Shown here: positions 25,976-38,077 of the stretch, one piece after another
Position numbering within the stretch: the stretch's first letter is position 1
Layout of the letters: each line of letters opens with the position of its first letter
Source: Phoronis australis
Taxonomy: Eukaryota; Animalia; Phoronida
NCBI GenBank assembly: GCA_002633005.1
Contig: NMRA01000006.1
Coordinates: forward strand, 452,677 to 516,676
Direction: 5' to 3'
Length of the DNA stretch: 64,000 nt
The notes under the pieces: generated by a model
Told to the model about the DNA's origin: nothing
The model's input: only the letters and a program-made list of their open reading frames with translations
Databases searched by the model: none
Position numbers and translations under genes: made by a program

Positions 25976-28054
25976 GTTATTAGGTATTTCCAGTCGATAA
26001 GTTCCTACTTTACCTCGTAACATAATTTTTCATATACATGTATGTAATGAGTGTATTCGCATGTTTGTTTAGATTTGCTCGAAGCCCTGAAGCAGACTTG
26101 TGCCAAAGCAAAACTTTGAAACTGCTAGAGCTTCTAAACTGCGCATGCTCTGTTCACGAGTTGTTGTAGTATACCCACCAGGCAAATTTGCTCACATTAA
26201 GTCATTGTTATTGCAGTTAGCTCCAAGCAAGACCATGTCTGCTGATCCATGCAACCGGGTTAGTGTCAGGGTTCTTATTATTTAATGACTCTTTTAGTTA
26301 ACAACACAGCAGCGTGTTCATTACCAATCACTCGTGTATATGTGGGTTCCGCGTGGTACTGAATGAATTATTTACCTCGATTGTCTGTTATTTTTGACTT
26401 CGACTAGAATCAGATGATTTATGTAATTGGAAAATTGTTCATTTATAGGGTATATAATCTCTTTTTATCGCTCATTCAGTCATGACGCGCCGTTGTTAAT
26501 ACGCTTTGCTGAAGGCACTAGAAAACGCAAAAAACACCCAGTTAGTTCGAGCATTGTATGCAAGTATTGCCAAACAGACGACTACATTTAACGGGGCCTT
26601 CTATGACACCTACATGAAGAATTGTCTTAAGCCAACATATTTCGAAGTCATTTTTTACAGCTCAGGTCATTTTGTTGCACGATTACCAATGAGCTTTCTG
26701 CTGGATGTATAATTTTCACAACTTACGGTTCACGTGTTTATAATAAATGACACAGTGGGCCGAATTCAAAGCCTACGGTTCTAATCTTGTTTGATTAAGA
26801 AAGGCAAACAACAGAATAATGTTTTCATCAACGTAAATATAACACCAAAAACGTTCTTCATTGATTCAATTAAGGAATCCAGAGTTTATCACATTTAATT
26901 TACAAGATTTCTCCGGTCAAAGCAAGTACTTCTGCGCAAATCAAATCACAGGTGAGGGATTTAAACTGTCATTTCCTTGGGCTATTTCGTTTGATTAATT
27001 GAGAAAACACTAGAAGACGTCACGGTAATACCTAAACGTCATGACTGACATGCAGGATTTGATAAGTACAGGAAAAAATCAGCCCAGGTTCGAAATGTGA
27101 GAAGTGATTTTCCATAAGTTCTCAGTCAAAATTTTCACATTTTTAACCTAGAATTTTCACACAAAAATCTGAGGATATGGCTAAATTCGGCATTTCTGGC
27201 CGCTCCCTTGTATAGTGGCCGCCAGTGAGCGATTGACACTGAATTTCACTTTTAAAACTTAATCGGTAGAGAGAAAAGGAATCATGAAGAGGGTTGGAAT
27301 TTACTAAATGTTTCCATTTGTGGGATCTGTAAATTGATGAAACTCGTTGAGCATGTATTCTAAACTAGTAAAATTAATGGAGAGAGATAGCACCGTTCAG
27401 ACATTTCAATTTACTTGTTAATCCAATATTGAAATAGATATCAAAATTCACACCTGTAAACTTTCGAGTTAAAATCATCACCTTTATTATTTTCGATGAG
27501 GCTTCACTCAAAATGCATGCCTAAAATTGATAGCCTTTTGAAAGCCTCGTTTAAGAGAAATTATAATATCAATTACAAACAGATGACAATTATTGTATTT
27601 GTTCACAACTAGGAACCAACCTCTCATACAAATAGTTCATAAACGGTAATTGGTAAGAAATTTTGTTAAAACGAGAATACAATATAACTAAGAATTTCAG
27701 TTAACACAAGCACAAAATGAAGGAAAATTATTGTAAATTACATTTCGGCTAAAAACTTTAAGACAAAACTCCTTGAAATTAAACTGTAAGAACATTTATA
27801 TCCTGTTGTAATACAAGATTATACAATCAAAATTAATGAACATGTAATTTTGTTTTGCACGCAGCATGGAACACATGATATTAAAGTCGCGACAAATACT
27901 TGGTTACAAAATCAAATAACACATAAAACATAAAATTTTAACTGACTTGTTGAATTGTACATGTACATGTGGTCTAGGCGAGGCGTCAATAGCCCAGGGG
28001 TGTACAACTAGGACTTTACATTACATCCAGGTGTACAAGAAAAGTAATTCTTAC

Positions 28055-28140
28055 CTGTGAGTAATTACCAGCCGTGACGTTCCGTATCCCACTGTCTTTT
28101 CTAATAGAACTACAACACTCCCCGCTACTCGCATTTATAG
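28055..28140 (-). promoter_or_regulatory. Candidate SKOR core promoter and non-coding first exon
   Basis: Minus-strand TATAAA at 28139-28134. Inr-like TAGTT about 30 bp downstream (~28110). ATG-free 55-nt exon ending in CACAG|GTAAG at 28055. CCAAT at ~28274-28278. Confidence 0.45.
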
Positions 28141-31100
28141 TCGTTTCACTGGTAAACAATCACTTGTCAATAGGTAACGATTACATTTCAGCGCATCATC
28201 CCCGAAGGCTTATTGTTACGCGAAACATTTGGATTATTAATGCAGACGACAGCCACAGAGTAGCTGGTCCTAATTGGTTATTTTTGCGCATGGGTAATGT
28301 AAAGGTGGAATTTAATTGGGCATTTATACTAGCTTATAAATATATGAAATTGTTAAGAGCTAGTTTCTCAAAGGAAACTCAGTAGAAAATTTAGTTTGAG
28401 TTTATAATTTCGGGTAAACTTGGTAATATTATTAATAGCGGGCGAGAGCTCTCCTAATGGTTACACGTAAAAGGACGCCAATTGTATCGCGACCCACATC
28501 TACCGCTTTGCAAAAGGTACCCACTCGACCAAGGGCTTTAACGCTAGCAGGTACCAATTTGACACGTTTCTTGTTTAGAATAACGACAAACATGAGGGTC
28601 TTCGTTTGTGAATGTTGGACATTTAGAAAGCATCAAAGCGTTTTTGTGATCACGCTGATCTCACGATTTGTTATAGACGCCAATCCATAATTAACGTGGA
28701 ATTAGCACATTTTCTTCGGCACGGTTTTTCGCTACATTGACCTTGGTATGGAATTTCAAATAAACCTTAAGTTCGCCCTGACGGTATTTAGTACACAAAC
28801 AAACACGAATGTTGCCAAAGTTAGAGGCAGGCAGAACTTTTAAGCAATAGCTCGAAGCACATATAATGACAATCAATCCTTATCGTTTCAGTCCAATTAA
28901 ATGGCATAGCACCGGATAAGTGCCTATGACACCTTACACATTGCCGGCGACTGCGCAAAAATTCGCATTTATTAAAATCAATTTAGCAACGATTATTTCC
29001 ATTAAGCTAACTGTTGATTTGGTCACAATTTAAAACACCATCTATAAAGGGTAAAGTCTGAAGACTATTTCGCCGTTTTACCGTCATACTAGTATCCAAA
29101 GTCCCAGATCAAAAAGCGGTCAAATTACCCCGGGAGCCATTTCGGTAATATTATCACAATCAAGCGAGTGGTAAAGAGCCACGCTACGTATTATCGCATG
29201 CCGTGCCACCTGTTAGCGGTACAGTCCCTTGGCCAAGTGGATACCTTTTGTTCCAGACGTCTCATGGCTACCACCATTAACCCATCGAGGCGCATGCTCG
29301 GCTGACGAAATTTCCGGATTTTGGTTGGAGACGCATGCAGCTGCTAGCGCATTTCCGGATTTCAGTTGGAGTACGCATGTTCGGCCGATGGATTTTGGGC
29401 TTAGCTTCCCTTATGTTCATTTGTAGCCTCTTCTTATAACAAAAAAACTTAACTGGTGAGATAATGGCGACGCATCGGCAAAAATTCTCGCATCGATTTT
29501 TTACTTTCGAAATATTAAAAAAGTAGGGAAGTTTATGATCGACAGTCATCGAAAACGCTCGCATACATTGTTCAATGGTAAAAATAATTTTCTGTTCTTT
29601 TTGGTAAAAATGTCCGCTAGCAGTTTGAACGTGACTCAACGTTTTCTTCGTTCAAGCCTCTATTCGCTTGTGTAGAATAACAACTGAAGGCGTAAGCAGT
29701 TTTCTGTGTGCTAAAAACGATATGGTCAACGATACATTGTGAGTAAAATTCTACTCTTTTATTTCAAGGTGAGTTAGTTAATTGTTGTATAAATAGACCT
29801 TTCAATCTCCTACTTTTTCATCAGGGTCACTGCACGTTGTGTTATGTTAAAACACGATATGTAGGTCAAACATACAAACCTACCGTATCTCCAAATGTAT
29901 GTTGTTTAAGTTCACACCAAAACCATTCCAACATATAAAAACAAGCAACCCGCCGTGTTGTAAAGTTTCACTAGCGAAACTAGGATTACAAATGGGTGAC
30001 CCCACTCATTAGCATGCAGAGGTTTGGAGATGTCCGGGACGATTTTTTATTGGATATTCCTATCTTTATTCAACTGTATGGACCCTAGTACTAAGAAAAG
30101 TAAAAAAGAAACATAAGAAACTATTCAATTTGACTACAAATCAGTCACAATCTCAAAATGTTTATTCGTAGTGATTGGATGCCCCCGGATGTGGATGCCA
30201 GAGGCCATTGCCCCGTTGCCTCCCCCCCCTTCTGCACGCTACTGGCCTCACCCTAAGCTTGAGAAAAATGATCACGTAAATCCTTGCCTTCAAGTACTTT
30301 AAAATACTAAATAATATGTGTTAAAACTTGATTTGGACCTAGAATTGTAAAAACCCGGTAGCTATGGTGACCTTCATTTATATCAAAAAAAGAATTTGAC
30401 ACCAAATCAGTCTAGTCTAAATTTACTCCCAAGTGCTGTTCCTTCAACACGTAATAAAGCGTTTTAAAATCAAGCTGAATCAAATATACGTTTTTCAGAA
30501 TATTATTTAATGCGCCAACAAAAATGAACGCCGCAGATGAAAAACGCAAACAGATGCAGGGATGTAAATTGCGAAATGTTATTTCTGGTAATGTCTCTCG
30601 ATAAGTGAATCTCTTTATATGTTTTACACTAGTGAAAGCAAAGGGAACAGTATCCTTATTATCTCAATCTAGAAATGACATAAGCAATTTAAATCGCCAT
30701 GTACGGGAACGTGCCAGATAAAGTTAACTCATATATTTTAAAACTGAAAACCACATTTAACACTTGGCCCTCACAAATTTTTCTTCCTCATTCAAACAAG
30801 AAACGCTCTCCATCAGCCAAAAGAGTCTTAAGCTAACGAGGCGCTCTTTTGAAAGTACGCCAGAAATGATAACACGTGAAGAGGGGCCATATTCGGATGT
30901 TTAATGTCAAGGCACTCGTAGATGACGCAATTTGGGCTCGGAAACAAGAATAGACATGCCGCCCCACTGGGTCCAACACGTCATAATGACGTCAAAGTGA
31001 CGTCAGAAGATTCGTCGTTATTATTACTAGTATTATTATTTCCACTCGTTTATGCAGTCATACAGGAGAAATATAATCATGCAATCAGCGTTTGGTTTTC

Positions 31101-33172
31101 TTAATCACTTTCATCCACACATTTACACATAGGGCAATGATCATCCACTAAACTTTAAGGACAATACGAATCTATCCGTCACTGGATTTTACATAATCAG
31201 TTTTGGTTAAAATATACCTTTCCCACATTTCAATATTCGAAAAATTTAGTTGTTCTACGCACGAGAGACGTTTTCTTAATTTCCCACGATAAATATGATA
31301 TTTGCCGAGAGTCAGTGTTAGATTTAAAACATCGGAAAACACCGAAAAGAGCGCCTGGATAAAACGAGATGTAAGTTGCGTTCACTTAATGATTAAATGG
31401 GCGACAACGCACTCTACATGCAGGTGTCGAGGGCGTATACTACGCCTGTATGCTATTATAGCCAGTTGTGTAATTTATTAAAAATTGACTACTTTAAATT
31501 ACATTCTCCTCTGACATTAATATGATTGCATTCACAAACATAAAGCAATCGGACGATTAGGCCTTTTAAACGCATTGTTTACTTAATTATTTACAACTAA
31601 ACAATTAAGTCGACCTGTTTCCAATTAACCTAATTATAGTTAAGTTGTTTCAGTTAACTTTATTACAGCTAATTGTTGGTCAAACACATGCACACACATG
31701 GTTAGCACGAAGGAAACTTGTTGGAGGTAACTTTTCACTAATACGTTAAGCCGAAATCGAAAATTTCAAAATGAACTGAAGTTAAAAGCGTCCAGCCTTT
31801 CAGCTGAAACAAAAATTAATTCGGTCTTGTCTTTTGTGCTATCATGCGAAATTAGGAGAAAATATAGCTGCCGTATAAAGGACTAGGCAAAGGGTTGAAA
31901 CCCATGACATGAATTAAGCAATGCTTTTCACATATGACGCTGCCAGTAGACGCGGGTAATATTTCTAACCGATCGCCCACGGAGGTGAGGGCTATCTCGA
32001 GAGCGTTCCATTAACCTATTTTTTTGCGAGAATAGCAAGATCTCACAAAGTCACGCTAGTGAAAAGCTAGTGTTTTGCGTGTATGCTCGGAAGCTTACCT
32101 GCCTATCCTAGCAAAAAGGCTCTCGCTGGTGATTGGTCGGTGAGGCTGAGGTATTGAGATTCAATTCAGTGTGTCTGTTTCGTAAGTGAAGACCTTTTGC
32201 CGCAAGTGTAAGCTAATGTCTTTCGATCTACGGAACCCAGCCTAGATACTTGGATTTACCGGAATTCTCTGATTGATGTTTCGATCATTAGATAGTTGGA
32301 CTCGTGAGATGGGCTAGACCATTTTCAGAAGATAACTCGAAGGACATTTTACGTATCTTCATCAAATCTCCATAATATCCAGATGGGTCAAAAGTTGTGA
32401 TTGTGAAAACCTCAGTTAGTCTCTGTTTTATAAAAAAAACGTGGTTAATATGCTAATCTGATGCCGTGGTATGAGTTTCTGACTTTAAAAAGTTACTTTT
32501 TGTTAAATTTTGGCAGTTTGAATAAATGTGAAAGTGCACATGAAATGTCCCAATTAATTCCCGGTCAGTTGGTGGCTTCGAATGGAGTAACTAGTCAATT
32601 CTAAAATCTAGTTCTTTCGTAATATCTACCCTAGACACACCTCTCGTTGTTAGGCAGTCAATAGGATGCCAGGCACATTTTTAAAAGAACTTCTATGAAA
32701 AGGTGATTGTTTCGATTTTTGAGTTACCTAAAACTAAAACAAATAGGTAACCGAACTTGGCATGAAATTACGTTATTGAATCAGTCCATGTAAACGTTTT
32801 TTATATCTTTGTATACGTCCGTATTCCACTAGAACCCGAACACATCCCATTATTGAATATACACGCTTGATCGCGTCTCATTTACAACAAATGAGTCTAG
32901 TTAGTTCTATAACACAGAGCTTTTCCGCGGGGATTTGGCATCATCCGTTTGTTGAGATTCCAGGAAAGACTCGTGATATCGTAATCAATTAATAGCAATA
33001 AAATTAACGTGATGATCAAATGATTTTTCACTGTTCAAACGCCCTTATGTGTTAAATACGCATGTCCATATAGCGCGTGCATAGAATAGGTTTTAGTTAA
33101 CCAAATTAGTTCTGTGTGCTGTTTCATCAGAGGCATTCACTAGAAACCGTATGCGTAGTCTAACACCCGGTG

Positions 33173-33363
33173 TCGGCAAAGCCAAGGAGAAACTATGCAG
33201 ATCTCACTTAGTTTTTCCTGGCGGTGTATATGTCACCGGGTGGAGTTCAGTAGCTGTCTCGCGGCTAGAAAAAAATAGCCAATATTACGTGCTCTCATTT
33301 AAAATACATGGCAATATCTCGCGAAATCTTGTTTTTCGAGCGAGGTCTTAGCGTTACTGAACT
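33173..33363. mobile_element. Composite palindromic MITE (family R3)
   Basis: Hairpin CACCCGGTG..GCCAAGGAGAAACTA / TAGTTTTTCCTGGC..CACCGGGTG, followed by GTTCAGTA...GCGAGGTCTTAGCGTTACTGAAC. The second half is repeated at 34161-34292. Confidence 0.65.
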
Positions 33364-34160
33364 ATATCCTGTATTTGGTGTAGGCCTACTTCTATCATGT
33401 TGCCAAAATGAAAAGTGCTACACATCACTAGAGAAACTTTAATCTGTTTCGTGTTTTGGTCCTTACAGCTTTCGCTGTCTCCGAAAAAGGAAGCGATGCT
33501 TTGAAAAATGATAAAAAATACAAAACACACAGTGTTCAGCCCAAAACCACCACTTTCATGCCATTGTTCGACACAAACCAACATTAGATCCTGCAAACAA
33601 ATATACTACACATTCCGCAAATGTGGTCCAAACGTACTGCCGTTCAACCAGTTCTTGCAATTCTGGGTTGTTTGATGGCTTCTTGAAATCACAGCAATTC
33701 CTTGGTCGCTGAGCAGCAATGCAACAATGCTACAGGGGTCACCATTTTGAAGGAAAGTCTATCTACAGCCGAGCTAGTGGACTTTTCTCATTCACAACAT
33801 GTTCACAAATACAAGCAAACCAGATACACTGAACCTGCTAGAAATGCCTGCATCAAATCTGCCGCCAAACCTTACCTACCCCCAGACATTTACAGGCAGT
33901 ACAAATTTCCCGCGGCTACAGTCTAACTGTAGGAGCAGCGCCATCTACCAAAACAGGAAGTGCCAATGGAGCATCTGTTTTCAAATTTGAATTTCTCTGC
34001 TTCTTTATGGTAGCAGACGTATTTCATAATTGCTGCTAGTGTTTTGGAGAAAGGCGGGAACACGAACAATCAAGTTATTCGGATTGATAAAATAAAGCCA
34101 AAAGCAGTCGCTGGAGCGCATGCGCAACAGATGTGGGGTGCCTCTTCCCGGTCGACACCG

Positions 34161-34292
34161 GGCGTGCGTTCAGTAGACGCTAGGACCTACGCTAGGACCT
34201 AGCTAAAACCTAGTCAAAGTCACGTGCTTTCATTCAAAATACACGGCAATATCTCACGTAGCTTTTTAGCGAGGTCCTAGCGTTACTGAACG
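34161..34292. mobile_element. MITE family R3 copy
   Basis: TIR GTTCAGTAGACGCTAGGACCT / AGGTCCTAGCGTTACTGAAC. Internal CATTCAAAATACACGGCAATATCTC matches 33296-33320. Confidence 0.7.
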
Positions 34293-37200
34293 GGAGGCAG
34301 TTTTGCTCCTTACCTAGCCACCAGTAGTTTGCCTTGGACCCCCATTGCCTCTAGTTTGATGGCTCCGTCTCCCATGTGGACAGAGTTCATGTCTTTGCTA
34401 ACTCTCAGAATCACTATATTCGTTTATTTCTTGAACTAAGGTGACATAAATGGGATGACACAATTAAGCAATGAAATAAAATTCAAAAAGTATGGCGCAC
34501 TTGTGTATTTCGAATCTTCAATTGTACTTTAAAGAAGAGGGAGACTTTTAAAAGATGCTTTTGATACACACTTTTGATTTTAGTAATGTTAAGCAAAGGC
34601 GTTAAAAGTAGTTGTGCCCCACATAAGGGAGATTAGTCGGAGAAGGAACACATATTAGTTTCCGTTTAATCCAAAATGCATTGGTATTGTTTAGGCTTAA
34701 ACAATTTATGAGGAACCGACGGGTTAAAACACAACAAAGAATTGGTAATGAAATAGACTATTTCGATTGAAATGCAGTTCTGATAATTTACCAGATGATG
34801 ATTCTTTCATATTTATTATTGACGAGTGGTTTTGTACTTTGTCTGTGAACCATTAATTATGTGAGAGGTTTAGTGTTTCGCACGCGCGACCCCTTTCAGC
34901 AAGTAAGAGCAGCAATTATCGAAAGTGAATTCTAATGGGTATTCCATCAATTATTCAGTTCTGTTTTGACTGGAATTGTGCCGGCTAACAACATATAAGT
35001 ATAATATTTAGATAAAATTTATTATTAAATGTGTATAGTGATTTCTTAAGCACCTAGAAATGGGGGCTAATTCATAGCGATCTATTCTGTATGAATTTAT
35101 TAGAACAGAGATTTAGAGTGCCCATGGAAACTTGTGCCGTTTTCACACAATTATTTTGATACTATCTGTTGAGTTAATGCAAGTTAAAAAATTGGCAAAA
35201 CCCTAAAAAAAATTGTGAGCCGCCGGACTTTTGCATACGCTAAATATGCTTCACAGGAAAACATTCAGCGTAGCACTGAAGCAGGTTTTATTAAGGAATG
35301 ATTGATTTGTGAAGTTTTTTCCAACAAGTTTCAATGCAAAGTGACGAACATCATGTACACCGGGAAGCTGTAGTGCGCTCGATTCCTGATAGTAGCACCT
35401 CAAACTTAACCTGAAAGCATCTTGAAAAACAATAAAATATCATGCATGTATGATAAAGTTCAAGAACCTTGTCCCCAAATAAATCCGTGTTCGCTATCAA
35501 ACTAGAACAACTGCACATTACTTGTTTGACATATCTGTTCGTTGCCTCATCAAGTGCAAGAAGTGTTTATGCAATTCTGGTTCTCAAACCTGTTGAAAAG
35601 GCTGAGAACAATACGGCCCCGTGGTATCGTTTTCCGTATTGCACTCCCGGGACTACTTTAACAGGGTCCTTTGACATGGAAAGTTAAAATGGTAGATCAA
35701 ATGAATGTAGACTGGACGTCGTTATCCGCTTCGATCATCAAACTTTCCCAAAATAGTTCGAAGTAATAAAGTTGTTATTTAATTATCTTCAGAAAATGTT
35801 ACTAGGTCAATGCACAATTGCCGCTGTTTTCATTTTTGTTATCTCTTTTTAAGAACTCAGGCTGAATCGTTATATTAAAAACTTTTCTTTTACTGGAGAA
35901 AACTTTTAACATAATGCGCAAGTACATACATATAGGATGTGATCCGCCAAGTGAAGAGTCTGGCTGAAGTTTTCAAAAATATGTGGTATAAATACAAAAC
36001 GTACCTCGTTTGGTGTAGATGAAGTAATAATCCCACTTGACATTTTTCCACGCGGAATAATGTCTCGCCGAATATGACTTTATCTTCGCCACTCTCTGTA
36101 CGTTTTGTGTAATTACCCACATATAAACTTGCATGTCTTCGTGTGAATTCGCACGCTGTTGACTAAAAGGCGGGAATTCGTCATTAGGGTGTTGACTGCG
36201 ACTGCCTTCCAAAATAACTCCCTATTGTTTAAAGTAGCGTATTATGACCCCTAGTTAATGGAGTAATTACCCGCGCACAACATAACAGATCAAGTGAGAG
36301 GTACCCACAGTTTGGAGGCTCAAATGAATTTACATGCTGGCGAATTGTTCATTGACTTAGTGAATTCTCACCTTTGTTTGCTTCATATTCTACAAAACGA
36401 TTTGAAACCCAAAAGACGGGGTCCGGTCTTCTGCCTCCGGGCAAATGTTGAATAACCCTTTCTGTATGACAACCAACTCGTTTGAATTCTAAAAGCATCC
36501 CTACGGCAGGTGTTATAATGACTTGCGACACCACTATCAAAGTCACGTGCACTATTAAATATTTACTTTATACGCTGATTTATTGCTGATTAAACATTAT
36601 TCTTCACAAATTATATGCATGTGAATATAGCTACAACTGTTTTTCTTTATAAAATAGTGAAACTAATAAAAATATAACCACGAGCGTCGGTACCAAAATC
36701 TATCAAAATATCCCCCAGGTTTCGAGCTATGCGCTCTTTGTCAAGGTTATGATACAGACTGCCAAACAGATGAATGTATTTTAGTTTTAAAATTTTATCT
36801 TCTTATCCGTCGGTAATTGCACGGCATTCCAGTATCTATGTGATTCGTTTTTCTTTCCACATTTCTCAGTATTTCTGTTTCACTGTAGTTAAGACGACAT
36901 TTCCTCTAATTTAGGTATCTGAAAAAGCAAAATCTAACATGGGAAATTGTTAAATATTGATATGCTGCTGTATTTGTTTCTGAACATACCCTAGGCAGTG
37001 CGCGGTGTTTTATTGAAGAACAGTGAAATTATATCCTGCAAACAATCGGGGCACTACGGTAGTGTCAAGTGTAACTGATGCACCGTAGCCATTTATTGAG
37101 ACGCGAAAGCCAGGGATAGCGCAGTTAGTGGCGGTTGAGGTTTGGAAAGTATGAAGCGCCAATACAAAGGATTCTTAAGCGAGTACCTTTCTGCGCGTAG

Positions 37201-37360
37201 AAATATGTTTAATCCCCGCGTACGTTTGTTTTATCTACGCTTACTTTTAGTTCTCAAACGATCATCGTTCTGCTGAAATCGACGTGTAGTTTTATTTAAT
37301 CAACGCGTCCTTTCATATAGTCCAAACACGCACTATTTTTACCACGCGCCAGGAGCGCGC

Positions 37361-37412
37361 AAAATGGCCAGTTGCCGATTTGGGCAACTGAACGAAGGAC
37401 TGCTCGAAAAAA
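37361..37412 (+). repeat. Short dispersed repeat
   Basis: AAAATGGCCAGTTGCCGATTTGGGCAACTGAACGAAGGACTGCTCGAAA closely matches 45017-45064. Confidence 0.75.
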
Positions 37413-38077
37413 GTTCTGGACTTTGTTCGAGTTGAAAGGAATAAGACATTGGCGGCCTCTTAAGGTGTTTTTCTATGTGAAAAGGGTACCTGATTTAGAT
37501 ATTTTAATCAATGTGAGGCATAATTTGCCAAAAAATGTCCGGCGTACAAAGCCCCTGCAGGAGCTTCACCGTCTCTACTGGGGCCAGTCGAGACGGTCGC
37601 AGAAACATAATTTTGAACTCAGCTCACTCGACATTGGTGCAGTAGCAGAGGACAGTTAGAAACAAGGTTAAAAAGCCGCGGCAAGGATTCACTAGAACTC
37701 TCCAGTATTTCAGACTCTACTGGGACGACAGTGGCAGTGATTACCGTTTGCCTAATTTTTTAAAGTATGAGCGTGTCATTGTCTCGTTGATTTTTTTTAA
37801 TGTTTATTATGAAATCTTCAGAATACAAGGAATATACATAACCCAGAAAGCGCCAAGAGGCATTAGGTCTGGGTAAAAAATACAAAGAAGTCTATATACA
37901 ATTATTATACGAATATGATTCATAACTGTTCATGATGCCGACTAGTCCATAATGTACCTGTTCTAACGTTGTTCAAACTTGTTCATGATTTCAATGATTT
38001 GGAACATGAGAATCACTTTGTAACAGAAATAAAATCCCGAGTTTTGTCAAAAACCAACATTTAACTGGTCACTTATT

